A stretch of 64,000 nucleotides of DNA from Octopus sinensis (Eukaryota): assembly GCF_006345805.1 (NCBI RefSeq), contig NC_043007.1, positions 22,506,001 to 22,570,000 of the forward strand, given 5' to 3'. The first letter of the stretch is position 1; every line of letters starts with the position of its first letter. Under the pieces are notes generated by a model that saw only the letters and a list, made by a program, of their open reading frames with translations, did no database searches and was not told where the DNA came from. Position numbers and translations under genes: made by a program. Below, one piece after another: positions 24,401 through 46,617 of the stretch.

Positions 24401-27400
24401 AGCTGAAAACCATCACCAGAGGGCCAGTTTTGACATTGACCGTAGACTCACTCAGCAGCAGCAACGGTATGAACAGAAAATTGGTGTACTAATGCACCAG
24501 TTGGCACAGATTAATGAAAACAGTGAAGACACTGTTAAAGAAGAACCCCATGCCAAGTAAGAAATGCCTGATGGAGACAACTGTCTCCTGTCCTTTGTCT
24601 GCTGTGCACCTTTCTCTGACATCATTCATACTAAGCTCCTTTTTTGTCTACATTCCTCGTTCTCATCACCATGTTGTCGCTATAAGTCATGTTGGTACCA
24701 TCCGAGCATGATCGTTGCCAGAGCAACAAACTGGCCTCCATGCTGGTGGCATGTAAAAAGCACCATTCAAGCGTGATCGTTACCTGGGTCGCCTTTCTGG
24801 CACTTGTGCTGGTGGCACGTGAAAAATCATTCGAGCAAGGTCGTTGTCAGTGCCACTGGACTGGCTCCTGTACAGGTGGCACATAAAAAACACCATTTGA
24901 GCGTGGCCGTTGCCAGTACTGCCTGATTGGCCCTCGTGCCGGTGGCACGTAAAAGCACCCATTACACTCTCGGAGTGGTTGGCGTTAGGAAGGGCATCCA
25001 GCTGTAGAAACTCTGCCAGATCAAGATTGGAGCCTGGTGCAGCCATCTTGTTCGCCAGTTCTCAATCAAATCGTCCAACCTATGCTAGCATGGAAAGCAG
25101 ACGTTAAGCAATGATGATGATGATGATGACGTTATCTACTGACTAGATATACTGACTTATTGGCTGCATCAATCATTGAAACTTATTTTGTTGTCTTCAT
25201 CAGTCACAGTCACTACCTTATTCTCTACATTAGTCATACAAACTACTCTATTAATTACATCAGTCATCACTAGCCTATACTATGTATCAAGTTTATACAT
25301 TACTCTGTGCAACAGATTAGATATGTTCAAATGACACTCAGAGGTTTTTAAGAATCCATAAAAAGAAAAGTTACGTCTTATTTACTGTTGAGGACTTTGT
25401 CTTATTGCAGGTTACGCAGCTTGGAAAAGGAGTTGTACTACTACAAGAAAACCAGTAGAGATCTGAAGAAGAAGCTACGGGATAAAGAAAGTACATCACT
25501 GTGTCAATCAGGTAATCTCTCTCTCTCACACACATACACGCACACACATACATACATGCACACACATATATATGACAGGCTTCTTTCAGTTTCCCTCCAC
25601 CAAATCCACTCACAAGGCTCCTTTGGTTGGCCCACGGCTATAGTAGAAGACACTTGCCCAAGGTGCCATGCTGTGGGACTGAACCTGGAACCATGTGGTT
25701 GAGAAGCAAGCTACTTACCACATAGCTATGCTTCAATTTAATATTTTTTTAATTTAGAGTGTGACCACCTCCATTTCAGAAAAATCAGTCATCCAGAATG
25801 TTTTTCAAATGGAAGGTTCCAGAAAATTTATGTTGTACATGTATTACTATCAGAGTAGTTCTCTATTGATCTATTGATCCTCTGTTGTTTATAGTGATGA
25901 ACCATATATACATCATTGTGGAACCTATTTTCAGCTAGGTGGACTGGACTAGGTTTTCCATCTGTCCTTCTACGTAGCATCCATTTATCTGGAAACAAAT
26001 TGCATCTCCACATGATACCCATTGAATTGTTCCTTCAAATAATATCCAAATAAGTAGACTGGACCGTGAATGTTAAGTGATGCATGACCTGTGGGTCTGT
26101 TTCTATCCCATAATTCTGCAATCTCACTTGACCGCAGTTACTCAACAGAAATCAATGGCCTCTATGTAGTGACTTGACCTGCTAGAAATAGCAACCAAAT
26201 CTACTTCAGATCACACCCTACCATCTTAATAAAGAACACACTGTTGTCTATGATATACAAATGGTTGGCTGGTCGTGGTCATTGTAATCTACATTTGTTG
26301 TTGTTTGACTGCAAGAAATAACAACAAATTATCCCTCAATCCACACCCTACCATCTTCAAGAGTCAGCTCATTAGATGATGTAGTCCTTTACACTATATT
26401 TGAAGAAGAAGAAAATTGAAGGGATGGTCATGAATAGGCTGTCTTTGATCATAGACCTGCTCAAACAAGACTGAAAATGATAAAAAATAAGACCACTTCA
26501 TCATCACACATTAAAATACAATGCTATACTTAAACATTTAATCTTTGCCTTTTCAGAAGATCTTGGCCCAAAACTCGTTAAGTCAAAAGAATTTCCTAGG
26601 TGCAAGTCTTCCACTACAAACAGGTAAGAGGATAACATTGTTTTTAGTCTGTTGTCATCAGCCTCAGCTCAGGTGTGAAGCAAGGTGTTTCTCCAGGGCT
26701 TTAACTGAAACACTTTACTCAACTGCTTGTTCTTGAAACCTTGTTTGTGAGTGAATAACTCAATGTATTCCAAGCCTTTATGTTGCTACTTATATAGGCC
26801 TAACAACTTTATTTAGGCGAAACATGCTGCCCCCTCAAACTGTTAAGTAACAATGGGACCAGTTATTTTTACCCCCATCCAAAGCTGCTGATAAGGCCCT
26901 CGTGGGCCCTGATTTCACTGTGAGACTAAATACCTGTGGCTATAAGAGTTTATATATTTCCTTCTTCAATTGTCCAGTGACTCTCAGCTGTGGTTCATTG
27001 ATTCGTTGTTTATGTTTTGTTTCAATTCTAGGAACTCGGTGGTCAGCTTTTCACCAAGCAGCCAACACAACCAAGAACTTCCAAGTCAGCAGCCGGAATT
27101 ATTCTGTGAGAATAATAAAACCGATCAGTCTGGGACTAAACCAGTTGTTGCTACTTCACTCCAGTTTTTAGGTAAGGTTTCCATGGTTACTCTTTGCTGC
27201 AGATTGCTAACAAGCTGTTGACTAATTGGTGAAGCAACAATGCTGGGCTGTTCTCCTAGCTTCTGCTTATATTTAGGAGGACAGACAGTGATTCAACATT
27301 ACAGCATCAAAAGTTAGAAGTGATGAAAATATTAGTAATATCATCATCATGGCTCAGCTTCGCGAATGAAGATCAGGAAGGCTGTCCACGTCGTGTGCAA

Positions 27401-29512
27401 GCACGCTCATGACTGACAAGTCCGATATGGGAAATGCAGGTCCGTGAGCAGTGTCCACAGACGAAGGTAACATCCAGTGTGGTGTCAGAGGTGGCTCGTG
27501 CCTTCCTCCTGCATCTCTTGTCTTTAAGTGTGTCTCTTCTTTGTTCCTCAAACTCGGTGACTGCATTGCAGATATTGTGACGCCAGACATCACAGTCCGC
27601 AGCCGGGTCTGACCAGCATTGGTGGTCAATATGACATGCTGTTAGAGACTTCTTGAGGCAGTCTTTGTAGCACTTCCTTGGAGCTCCTCTCATACGGTGG
27701 CTGGTGAAGAGTTCACCAAACAGGGCAATCTTAGGAAGGCAATGGTTCTCCATTCTGGAGACATGCCCTGCCCATCGGAGGTGGTACTTCAATAGCGTGG
27801 CTTCAATGCTGGGGATCTCAGCCCGCTCCAAGACTTCAATGTTTGTGACGAAGTCACTCCAGTGAATGTTGAGGATGGTGCAAAGACATCGCTGGTGGAA
27901 GCGCTCAAGGAGATGGATGTGACTGCGGTAGGTGACCCAGGTCTCCGAGCCGTAGAGAATATACCAAGAATCTAAGTTACATTCAAAATTGAATGCAGTA
28001 TGGCATTTACTCTTAACTTCAGATAGATATAAGCATGGGTTTTAATGTTTGCCAAGTGGCAAAAGTGTTGAGTAAAGTTATTTGGTTGCAGACCTCCTTT
28101 CAGTCTTTTTATTACCACTGGGTCACACAAAGTCCCCAGATGGTAACATTAAGGCGGCGAGCTGGCAGAAACGTTAGCACATCGGGCAAAATGCTTAGCG
28201 GCATTTCGTCTGCCGCTAGATTCTGAGTTCAAATTCTGCCGAGGTCGACTTTGCCTTTCATCCTTTCGGGGTCAATTAAATAAGTACCAGTTATGCACTG
28301 GGGTCGATGTAATCAACTTAATCCCTTTGTCTGTCCTTGTTTGTCCTCTCTTTGTTTAGCCCCTTGTGGGCAATAAAGAAATAAAATGTTAACATTGATT
28401 TCAAGGCCTTCCTGGATGAGTGACTGGTTATTCAAAGACATTTATAGATTGTAAATTTATTCTGTCCAGTTACGTATCAGTATAGTGGTCATTTGCAAAC
28501 TCCAGAGGTGACACTTTCATTTCTCCTTAGCCCTCACGTCACACAGTTGTTAATGTTTATTTCAGTTGGGTCACGCCCTTCCAATTGCTATAGATTCGTA
28601 ATGCATCTTACGGCTGTGCCTGTCGCCTGGAAGGTGAGGAATCCTACATTGGGAGTGGTAAGGACTAGGGTAGGGTAGCTGCCTGCTTATTGTGATCATT
28701 CGTCTTTTGGTTTCTTGTAGCTTTACTCTCTTTTACAAACCCAGTGAACATATATTTCCTATTTCAAAGAAATTCAAACAATAGATATAAGAACCAAGTT
28801 AAAAAGATTCTCAACATTTCAACTTCTAGGGTTGACATGAAGACACCCACCTCCAATAGGGGCCTTAACTCTCATATTTTAGAGCTCCATGACCTCCATT
28901 TTTCAGGAGCAAAATCCTTTTAACAGGTTCTATAAGACTGGAATTTTGGAATCTGTGCATAAAAATCAGTAGTATGTGATACATGTAGCACGATTACAAT
29001 TTTTTAGGGTGTGTACAGAGGGAAAGAACCCTCATCTGCAATTTTGATGAAATTCGAATCATAGTTATTCCAGTTCATTACAGAAAATATAACAGGAAAG
29101 TCTAATTCTTCAGTTGCATGTAACACGGGCAACGCCAGGTATCTCTGCTAGTTTTATATATATATTAATATATATTAAATTGACATCTATAGGCAATGTA
29201 AATTAGATTCACTTTTGACCATAGGCTGAAACAGCTGTAAGAAGTAATTTTTAGGATTTCATTAATTTATACTATGACTTTTAAAATCTGTATTTGTATT
29301 ATTATCTTATCTATTGATTTATATATTTTGTATGCTTTTGATGTTCTCATTTGTAAAATGAATAAATATTCCAACATTATAATATCCGTAAGTTGATGAA
29401 CAAACCAAATTTTCTTATTTGTATTATATATTAAATATATATTAAATATATTGTCAATTTGATTTTCTCTTTTTATCTTCCAGATTCCTTAGAAGTTAAC
29501 TCCAGTGGTTGA
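5051..29512 (+). CDS. KIF27: Kinesin-4 family KIF7/KIF27-like protein, 3' partial gene (13 coding exons, coiled-coil stalk and tail)
   Basis: Exons 5051-5158, 5646-5745, 8178-8320, 10096-10192, 13317-13421, 15813-16027, 19959-20070, 22703-22840, 24366-24556, 25411-25511, 26557-26623, 27032-27171, 29484-29512. All have AG/GT boundaries and compatible phases, giving one open frame. Motifs QQQKILKRKNEEIA, KKLRSSQ, LEEAVEELDAAIEYKN, KYFEKVINFR, DRRLTQQQ, LEKELYYYKKTSRD and terminal DSLEV match remembered vertebrate KIF7/KIF27 tails. KIF7 versus KIF27 cannot be resolved. Confidence 0.92.
5229..5501 (+). mobile_element. SINE family B (tRNA-derived head)
   Basis: A-box tggcccagtgg and B-box ggtttcgattcc; other copies at 8402-8590(+), 9712-10004(-), 14855-15052(-), 22900-23305(-), 63312-63585(-). 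Confidence 0.88.
5646..5745 (+). CDS. KIF27: KIF7/27-like exon: IEDLKLSVLKMKQQHETLQRKLKEEHDKKSKIE
   Basis: gacag acceptor, gtaaag donor, phase 2-0. Confidence 0.88.
6255..6472 (+). mobile_element. piggyBac-like MITE family 2, degenerate
   Basis: Same family as 34885-35108; ends aaagagttaa. Confidence 0.7.
7370..8000 (+). repeat. Two tandem ~325 bp units, each ending in a decayed hammerhead-like motif
   Basis: aaggtctcagcatg at 7410 and 7732; gacacCTGGAGA at 7598 and 7924; partial third copy at about 10620-10790. Confidence 0.75.
8178..8320 (+). CDS. KIF27: KIF7/27-like exon: RVMQREKVRVKQLEQRNLQQQKILKRKNEEIAQAQRKLRGASLPRIN
   Basis: ttcccag acceptor, gtaaaa donor, phase 0-2; QQQKILK.K.EEIA motif. 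Confidence 0.92.
9000..9345 (+). mobile_element. Two tandem decayed Penelope-like terminal repeats with CTGT(A/T)GA-type hammerhead remnants
   Basis: CTGTAGA-AGATC-ATAG-GTTT-GAAAC at 9022 and CTGTACA-AGAGC-ATAG-GTTT-GAAAC at 9245; downstream sequence shared with the 41488 and 45706 copies. Confidence 0.6.
10096..10192 (+). CDS. KIF27: KIF7/27-like exon: GNHDSMEEKKRQLDLEVEKILDQRQQLEELQK
   Basis: ggcag acceptor, gtttgc donor, phase 2-0. Confidence 0.88.
11684..13080 (+). mobile_element. RTE-clade LINE, 5'-truncated (RT C-terminus, long modular 3' UTR, (GAT)n tail)
   Basis: ORF 11647..12423: LEVVDSFRYLG, KGRLYDACVRTAMLHGSETW, RLCWYGHVARM, RGRGRPRKTW; flanked by (AT)n on both sides. Confidence 0.93.
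13317..13421 (+). CDS. KIF27: KIF7/27-like exon: ELQRKEDIISNREAMLVEKSELEIKKLRSSQIMNK
   Basis: tttcag acceptor, gttgtt donor, phase 0-0; LRSSQ motif. Confidence 0.9.
13459..13848 (-). mobile_element. Non-autonomous Helitron
   Basis: On the - strand: 5' TC, 3' GC-rich hairpin then CTAG, inserted between A and T, no TSD. Confidence 0.85.
14384..14798 (-). mobile_element. SINE family A, full length
   Basis: tRNA-like head, CORE-like ccttgggcaagtg, internal (AT/GT)n, (GTAAAAGA)n tail. Confidence 0.9.
15813..16027 (+). CDS. KIF27: KIF7/27-like exon: DLMGLSAKLVSVEK...LSNQEER
   Basis: ttctag acceptor, gtaagg donor, phase 0-2. Confidence 0.9.
16257..16662 (+). mobile_element. SINE family A, full length
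   Basis: As above. Confidence 0.9.
17200..17560. repeat. Degenerate (CA/TA)-rich low-complexity tract
   Basis: Mixed ACAC/ATAC/GCAC repeats producing spurious VCVC ORFs. Confidence 0.85.
17777..18260 (-). mobile_element. RTE LINE 3' UTR fragment
   Basis: catcatcatcgtttaacgtc... start; further copies at about 20455-20870(-), 22460-22625(-), 24690-25128(+), 37978-38408(-), 38786-39069(-), 54058-54690(+), 55875-56190(-), 58901-59130(-). Confidence 0.88.
18715..18933. mobile_element. piggyBac-like MITE family 1
   Basis: TTAA|CCCTTTAG...CTAAAGGG|TTAA; relatives at about 16780-17006, 35330-35550, 49655-49902, 52750-52940, 53043-53270. Confidence 0.85.
19408..19746. repeat. ~28 bp minisatellite built from palindromes
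   Basis: Unit attagagtactctattgcaatagagtgc contains tagagtactcta and actctattgcaatagagt. Confidence 0.92.
19959..20070 (+). CDS. KIF27: KIF7/27-like exon: LIELEEAVEELDAAIEYKNKTIESRQMELRQSWFSVQ
   Basis: ttgtag acceptor, gtaagc donor, phase 2-0; LDAAIEYKN signature. Confidence 0.93.
21592..22017 (+). mobile_element. SINE family A, full length
   Basis: Best-preserved copy; others at 36099-36543(-), 39105-39480(+), 40987-41265(-), 25555-25730(-), 52235-52515(+). Confidence 0.92.
22203..22455 (+). mobile_element. CR1/L2-group LINE 3' end (family distinct from 4150 and 51053)
   Basis: Translates VLFNILPKDLKDLHGVDVGVFKIKLDL, then RAAASNSLMHQM in a shifted frame; ends with the GGC(A/G)GTGCCCCAGCATGGCC tail. 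Confidence 0.7.
22703..22840 (+). CDS. KIF27: KIF7/27-like exon: REGGILSLFNTLNPQEMMLLLMKYFEKVINFRDNERKLSHKMNEFQ
   Basis: gaccag acceptor, gtaagc donor, phase 0-0. Confidence 0.9.
22900..23305 (-). mobile_element. SINE family B, full length with (CAAA)n tail
   Basis: tRNA-like head at 23305, tail at 22900-22920. Confidence 0.9.
24039..24332 (-). mobile_element. Non-autonomous Helitron
   Basis: A|TC...hairpin-CTAG|T on the - strand; same subfamily as 60519-60906. Confidence 0.88.
24366..24556 (+). CDS. KIF27: KIF7/27-like exon: SRIEEQDKLL...DIDRRLTQQQQRYEQKIGVLMHQ...EEPHA
   Basis: ttccag acceptor, gtaaga donor, phase 0-2. Confidence 0.9.
25411..25511 (+). CDS. KIF27: KIF7/27-like exon: LRSLEKELYYYKKTSRDLKKKLRDKESTSLCQS
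   Basis: ttgcag acceptor, gtaatc donor, phase 2-1; LEK.LY.YKKTSRD motif. Confidence 0.92.
26557..26623 (+). CDS. KIF27: KIF7/27-like exon: DLGPKLVKSKEFPRCKSSTTN
   Basis: tttcag acceptor, gtaaga donor, phase 1-2; supported mainly by phase fit. Confidence 0.7.
27032..27171 (+). CDS. KIF27: KIF7/27-like exon: NSVVSFSPSSQHNQELP...VATSLQFL
   Basis: ttctag acceptor, gtaagg donor, phase 2-1; low-complexity tail. Confidence 0.7.
27341..27958 (-). mobile_element. RTE-BovB-type LINE, 5'-truncated
   Basis: ILYGSETW...RFHQRCL...LRWAGHVSRM...LFGEL...RGAPRKCYKD...CGHCSRTCISHIGLVSHERAC; (ATG)n tail. Confidence 0.9.
28153..28384 (+). mobile_element. SINE family C (tRNA-derived)
   Basis: ggcggcgagctggcagaa...gagttcaaatt head; others at about 21245-21448(-), 34330-34470(-), 40155-40361(-), 42622-42880(+), 45865-46075(-), 56980-57170(+), 59675-59810(+). 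Confidence 0.88.
28950..29151 (+). mobile_element. Helitron 3' end (divergent family); 5' boundary unresolved
   Basis: cacgggcaacgccaggtatctctgCTAG|T at 29124-29152. Confidence 0.55.
29484..29512 (+). CDS. KIF27: KIF7/27-like terminal coding exon: DSLEVNSSG*
   Basis: Long polypyrimidine tract then ttccag; phase 1; DSLEV resembles the DSIEV motif near the vertebrate KIF27 C-terminus; TGA at 29510-29512. Confidence 0.75.
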
Positions 29513-29865
29513 GAATGTTCAAGATCCATGTTCTGGTGAGATTGTTTAAGGGTTTATACCTTAAAAGGGTTCGCTTGTAAATTACTGCTGATATTTCTTG
29601 ACTGGAAGATGGAGCATTAACATTTCAAAAACTTGCATCATTGAGCAAAATGCCTTCTGGTTCTTTAGACAAGACAACAATATAATATGAAACTTTACAG
29701 CCGTGTTTAGACAGACTGACAGTGGATTACATGATGTCTAGAACCAGTGGAACTCAGAGAAACACACACACACGTATATATGTATATACATCTGTGTGTG
29801 TGTTTGTGTGCATGATGAAACATTCAGTAGGATATCATTTCATTGTAAAATAATCACCATTATAT

Positions 29866-29871
29866 AATAAA
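29866..29871 (+). terminator. Candidate polyadenylation signal (AATAAA) of the kinesin gene
   Basis: AATAAA about 350 nt after the stop codon; no transcript evidence. Confidence 0.35.
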
Positions 29872-30559
29872 TCATTTTGTAAAATACATGTTGAACAAAT
29901 AATGTTGCTTGACATCAATGTTGACTTAAGCAAGCATTTAAAACATTGGAGGGTGCTGTAGTTTCATAAGAAAAAAATAGTATAAAATAGACTTTGATAT
30001 TTTGCATTCAGAAAATATATATATATATATATATATATATAAGAATGAGACTAAAGGAAATGTTAGAATATCATTTGAGATGTAGTTTGTAATAATTGTC
30101 ATTGGGAGAGTATGCTTCTTATACACACTTAAATATATTGAGTAAAGTTGGATCTCTCTTTTTTTTCTGTCTATTGTTGCCTTGTGTATGGGTGGGAGGT
30201 TATTTAAGTGCAGTTATTATAGTAATATTTCCATGAATCTATCCTTCACCTGGCTGCCGTTTATGTTTTATATGTCTCAGCTCAGTATTTCTTTATTTGG
30301 ATATAGTTAAAAACAGTGGCAATCCACTTGAACTATAAGCATATCAGAGCACGCATATCCATCTGATAACTTCCCCTCCAGATAAATACTATAATATGAG
30401 TCTTTATTTCCCTTCCAGATAAATTCTATAATGTGAGTCATTAAGGCTTTACACAACAGATCTCTAATTATGTTGAGCTAACAAGGAAAGCTCTACAGAG
30501 TTTAATCACACTCTGCTGTCTTACATAAGGAAAGGACACACTGCATAATAAAACCTAAT

Positions 30560-30901
30560 CTGAGATCCCCTTCGGTCACAACACAGACCATGGGATTGTA
30601 CCTAGAAAGTTACCCTCCCAGGCACAATTCCGGGCAAGGCTGTTTATGGAAGACCAGCAGTCGCCCATGCATACCAGCCTCCCCTCTCCACACCACCAGT
30701 GTTATCCAAGGGAATGGCAAAGGGGCCAATACAGCTTGGCACCTGTGACGTCACAACTCATTTCTACAGCTGAGTGAACTGAAGCAACGTGAAATAAAGT
30801 GTCTTGCTTAAGAACACAACACGCAGCCCAGTCCAGGATTCGAGCTCACAACCTCACAATCATAAGCTCGACGCTCTAACCACTGAGCCATGTGCCTTCA
30901 C
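30560..30901 (-). mobile_element. SINE family D (tRNA-derived)
   Basis: gtgaaggcacatggctcagtggttagagcgtcgag head; relatives at about 58395-58670(-), 6670-6950(-), 51950-52210(-). Confidence 0.85.
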
Positions 30902-32996
30902 ATATAATCAATAAAATCTAATATATTCCAAAAAAAAAAAACATGGAATGCTTCATTTGAAATACCTTTGAGCATAGCTCTGCTCAAACAGGGTTAGTTT
31001 GGAACTGAACAATAACAATGTGTAATCTTGCTACTGTCTTTTTAGTAAGACAGCTTGTCTTTGGCACTGCAATTCAGTTTTTAGCATGCTGTATAAAGCA
31101 GTATTGTACTCATGTTATTGTAAATGTGCTTTTTTTGGTTGGCCACAAAACCTTCATGGAATGGTAAAATAGATAGGAAACAAAAACATAGAAATCATCC
31201 AAAGTTATTGAATCAAAAATCACATGAAAACAAGATTTTGTACATGCAAATTTATTTTATTAAGATATTTTGTAAAAAGGTTGTTTTAAGAAAAAAACAT
31301 ATTTTAAGAGAACAGAGTAAGAATATCTCAAAAATAAAAACCCCCCCAAAAAATCTAGCATTTTTCTTACGATCTTTCAAAATAATTAGCTACATTGTCA
31401 CAATTATTGGTTAAATTCTAATACTTTGTGCTTTGAAACAAAGAATGCTTTAAAACTTTTGTATTTGCTAAGTAATTATATTTGTTATTTGGCAGCAATT
31501 AAAACCAGTTATTTAACTCTGTAATGTTGTTATTTCATACTGTCAGCCTTGTGATCAAAGATATTCTAGCCATGATCATCCAGTTTTTTTTTCTTTTTAG
31601 GCATAGTGTATCTGGGACTACAGTTATCTAATGCTTCCTTTCTTTTTAAGAAAATAAGATATGATATGAGGGAGATTTGACTGTTATTTCTAACAGGTTG
31701 AGCAGCTGCAAAGAGGCTTCCTCACCAGTTTGAAATTTATAACTTTTTACCATTTAGTAAACATGAAGTATAAAAAATATCATTCTTATAGATATTTAAT
31801 TGTACAGTTTAGGAAATGTATATAAAAATACCCACAAAAGCAAATATATCAAAGTTTTTTTTTTTAATTTAAAAACAAAATATTGATTTGTTTCAGTTAG
31901 AAAAATTTTTTTTAATTTGTAGAATATTCGAAAATAAAATATACAAATTCCTTTTGAAAAACTGATTTAGTTGCGTTATATGTTCATATCTTGAAGTATT
32001 GGGAAGGAAAAACCAAAACCACGCACCAAAATGGAAGCCTTTGCAGTGGTAGGTGATTGCATTGGTACAGACATGTCAGCAACTAGTTCTACCTCATGGA
32101 TATCCAATAACATCTTTGGAGATACATTTTTATTATGCATAAATATTAGCAAAAACTATTTCAGCTTCAGTAAATTATTTGCTGTTTTAAATGAAAATCT
32201 TACTCAACCTAGCAAGATACAATAGAAAGAATATTAGAATGGACAAGAATAACCAAAAGTAGATTATGGAAGATTTGAAAGCAATTCTGCTAAAGATCGG
32301 ATGCAGGGCCTTCCATCATTCTTAGGGTAACTGTAAAGGGTTTGTCTATTTAATGGTGTGGTGCTGTTTCAATCAAAATATAAATAAAATATCTTAATGT
32401 TATATTAGAATATCTGGTCATATCAACTGAGAGATATTTGATCAATTGTGAAAAGTTGTGGTTTTATGAAAATATAATGCCCTGTTGGCACACTGCCCAA
32501 AACAGTTTAAGAAGGGTTGAAGGTAAATAGAAAAATAGCGAGGAAAACATTCCAGATATCAATTGATAGCAATTGTTGTGGACAAAGCGACAGAAAGAAA
32601 AAAAGTCATCAAAGAAATGTACTATTCTCAATAAGTTGAAGAATGATATTGGAAAAGACAGGAGTAACAATCTTTGCACCAATAAATTTAATACAAAATT
32701 GATCTCAGACACGTAGTTACTTTAAAACATTTCTTCAACAGATCATATTTGATAGGTAAATTATGTTAACCACATTAATTGTAATATTTATTAATAAATC
32801 TTATCAGATGCATTTAATTTCATGTTCAAATTCTGCTCAGATTCACTACACATCTACCTAAATACATAAAACTAATTACTGACTGTACATAAGAGTCATT
32901 ACAACTGATAACCATTCCACTATAAAAATAGATTGAATAAAATCAAATCTTTACGAATTTCTCTTCAAAAAACTGAATGAGTCTCAAGCTTGACGT

Positions 32997-45133
<12,137 letters not shown>

Positions 45134-45705
45134 AATCAGTCTTAAACCTTTAGTAAAGAAAACTTCTGTTCGAATGGAATTGCTTGTGCACTGCCTGCTT
45201 ACTGCACATCAAAGGAGATGTGTGTAGGGGGGGGGGGCTACTAAAAATTGCTTTTAACCTTTTCAAGTCAGCCTATATTTTAAGATTAAGAAAACCAGTT
45301 GGAGTTAGTAATAAATGACCTCTAAATGCATTAAAAACATCATAAAATGATCAGATGACTATTTCAGAAAACAATCACTCCCACACAGGTACATAATACC
45401 TGAACACAGACAATATATACACACACATAAACAACAACTTCTACCCACAAACATACACACAAATTAGTCAGACACACACACAACCACCCGAACAAACACA
45501 CATCAACTGCTACATTCAATATACACACCACCATTCTCAAATACATCCCCATACTTGCACACCTTAGTTCGTTGGGGTCACCATTATAATTTTTATTATT
45601 ATACCCCTTCATTCAACCTCTTTATTTTACTTCTTCCAGTCATCTCACCTGTTGGATAGTTGAACTATAGTTTCTTATCACTCTCTCCATGTTTTTCCTC
45701 TTAAT

Positions 45706-45743
45706 CTTTTCTGTTGAAGAGTTTAGGCTTGAAATGTAAAAGG
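45706..45743 (+). ncRNA. Second CUGUUGA hammerhead-like fold (partly decayed)
   Basis: CUUUU-CUGUUGA-A-GAGU-UUAG-GCUU-GAA-AUGU-A^-AAAGG; stems kept by G-U pairs. Confidence 0.55.
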
Positions 45744-46617
45744 CTTTTCCATTTTCCCCTGAGCATTAAACTAATACATCTGCTTGTTGTTCCTACACTA
45801 GTCGTCTTTTGTTTTCTGTAAATTTGAACCCTATATATATGTGTGTGTGTGAGACAGGCTTCTTTCAGTTTCTTATTTCTTTATTGCCCACAAGGGGCTA
45901 CACAGAGGGTACAAACAAGGACAGCTAAAGGGATTAAATTGGTTACATTGACCCCAGTGCGTAACTGGTACTTATTTAATCGACCTTGTTGGAGTTTGAA
46001 CTCAGAACATAAAGACATACAAAATACCGATAAGCATTTCGCCCAGTATGCTAATGTTTCTGCCAGCTCACAGTTTCTGTCTACCAAAGTAACTCACAAA
46101 GCTTTGGTCAGCCTAGGGCTATAGCAAAAGACACTTGCCTAAGGTGTAACTGTAAAACCATCAGCCTCATTACTATTATGATTAGAACGTTTCTATAATC
46201 ATTGGTCATGAAGGAAGGGCTGTGCCCAAGAACTCTTTTGCCTCAAAAGAGGGAGGAAGTTATCTTTAATGCTTGCAATAGAGCAGACTGCTAAAAGCAC
46301 TCAAAATCTGCTTCTTAATTGTCTAGGGTCTAGAAACAAGTACCAGGGGCCAATTTAATCAATGATCAATTGTACAATAATTACAAGAGAACCAACACAT
46401 TGTAGCTTCTGAAAAAACAAATATACATTCATCTGTAAATAATCCCTATTACAACATAAATCATTTTGTAAAATACACTTTCAACAAATAGTATTGCCTG
46501 ACATCAATGTTGACTTAAGCAAGCAGAGCTAACTTGGAATTAAACAATAATAAAATATAATCTTGCTACTGTCTTTTTAGTGAGACAGCTTGTATAAAGC
46601 AGTATGGTACCAATGTA

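Noticed and set aside
28566-28633. Candidate cassette exon with good splice sites (ttcag / gtgagg)
   Set aside because: No homology, and inclusion would shift the frame of the conserved DSLEV terminal exon. Needs RNA-seq.
32031-32225. ORF conserved with 48354-48548 (MSATSSTS.ISNNIFGDTFLL)
   Set aside because: Similarity is explained by the segmental duplication; the copies differ by indels, start points differ and no domain is recognisable.
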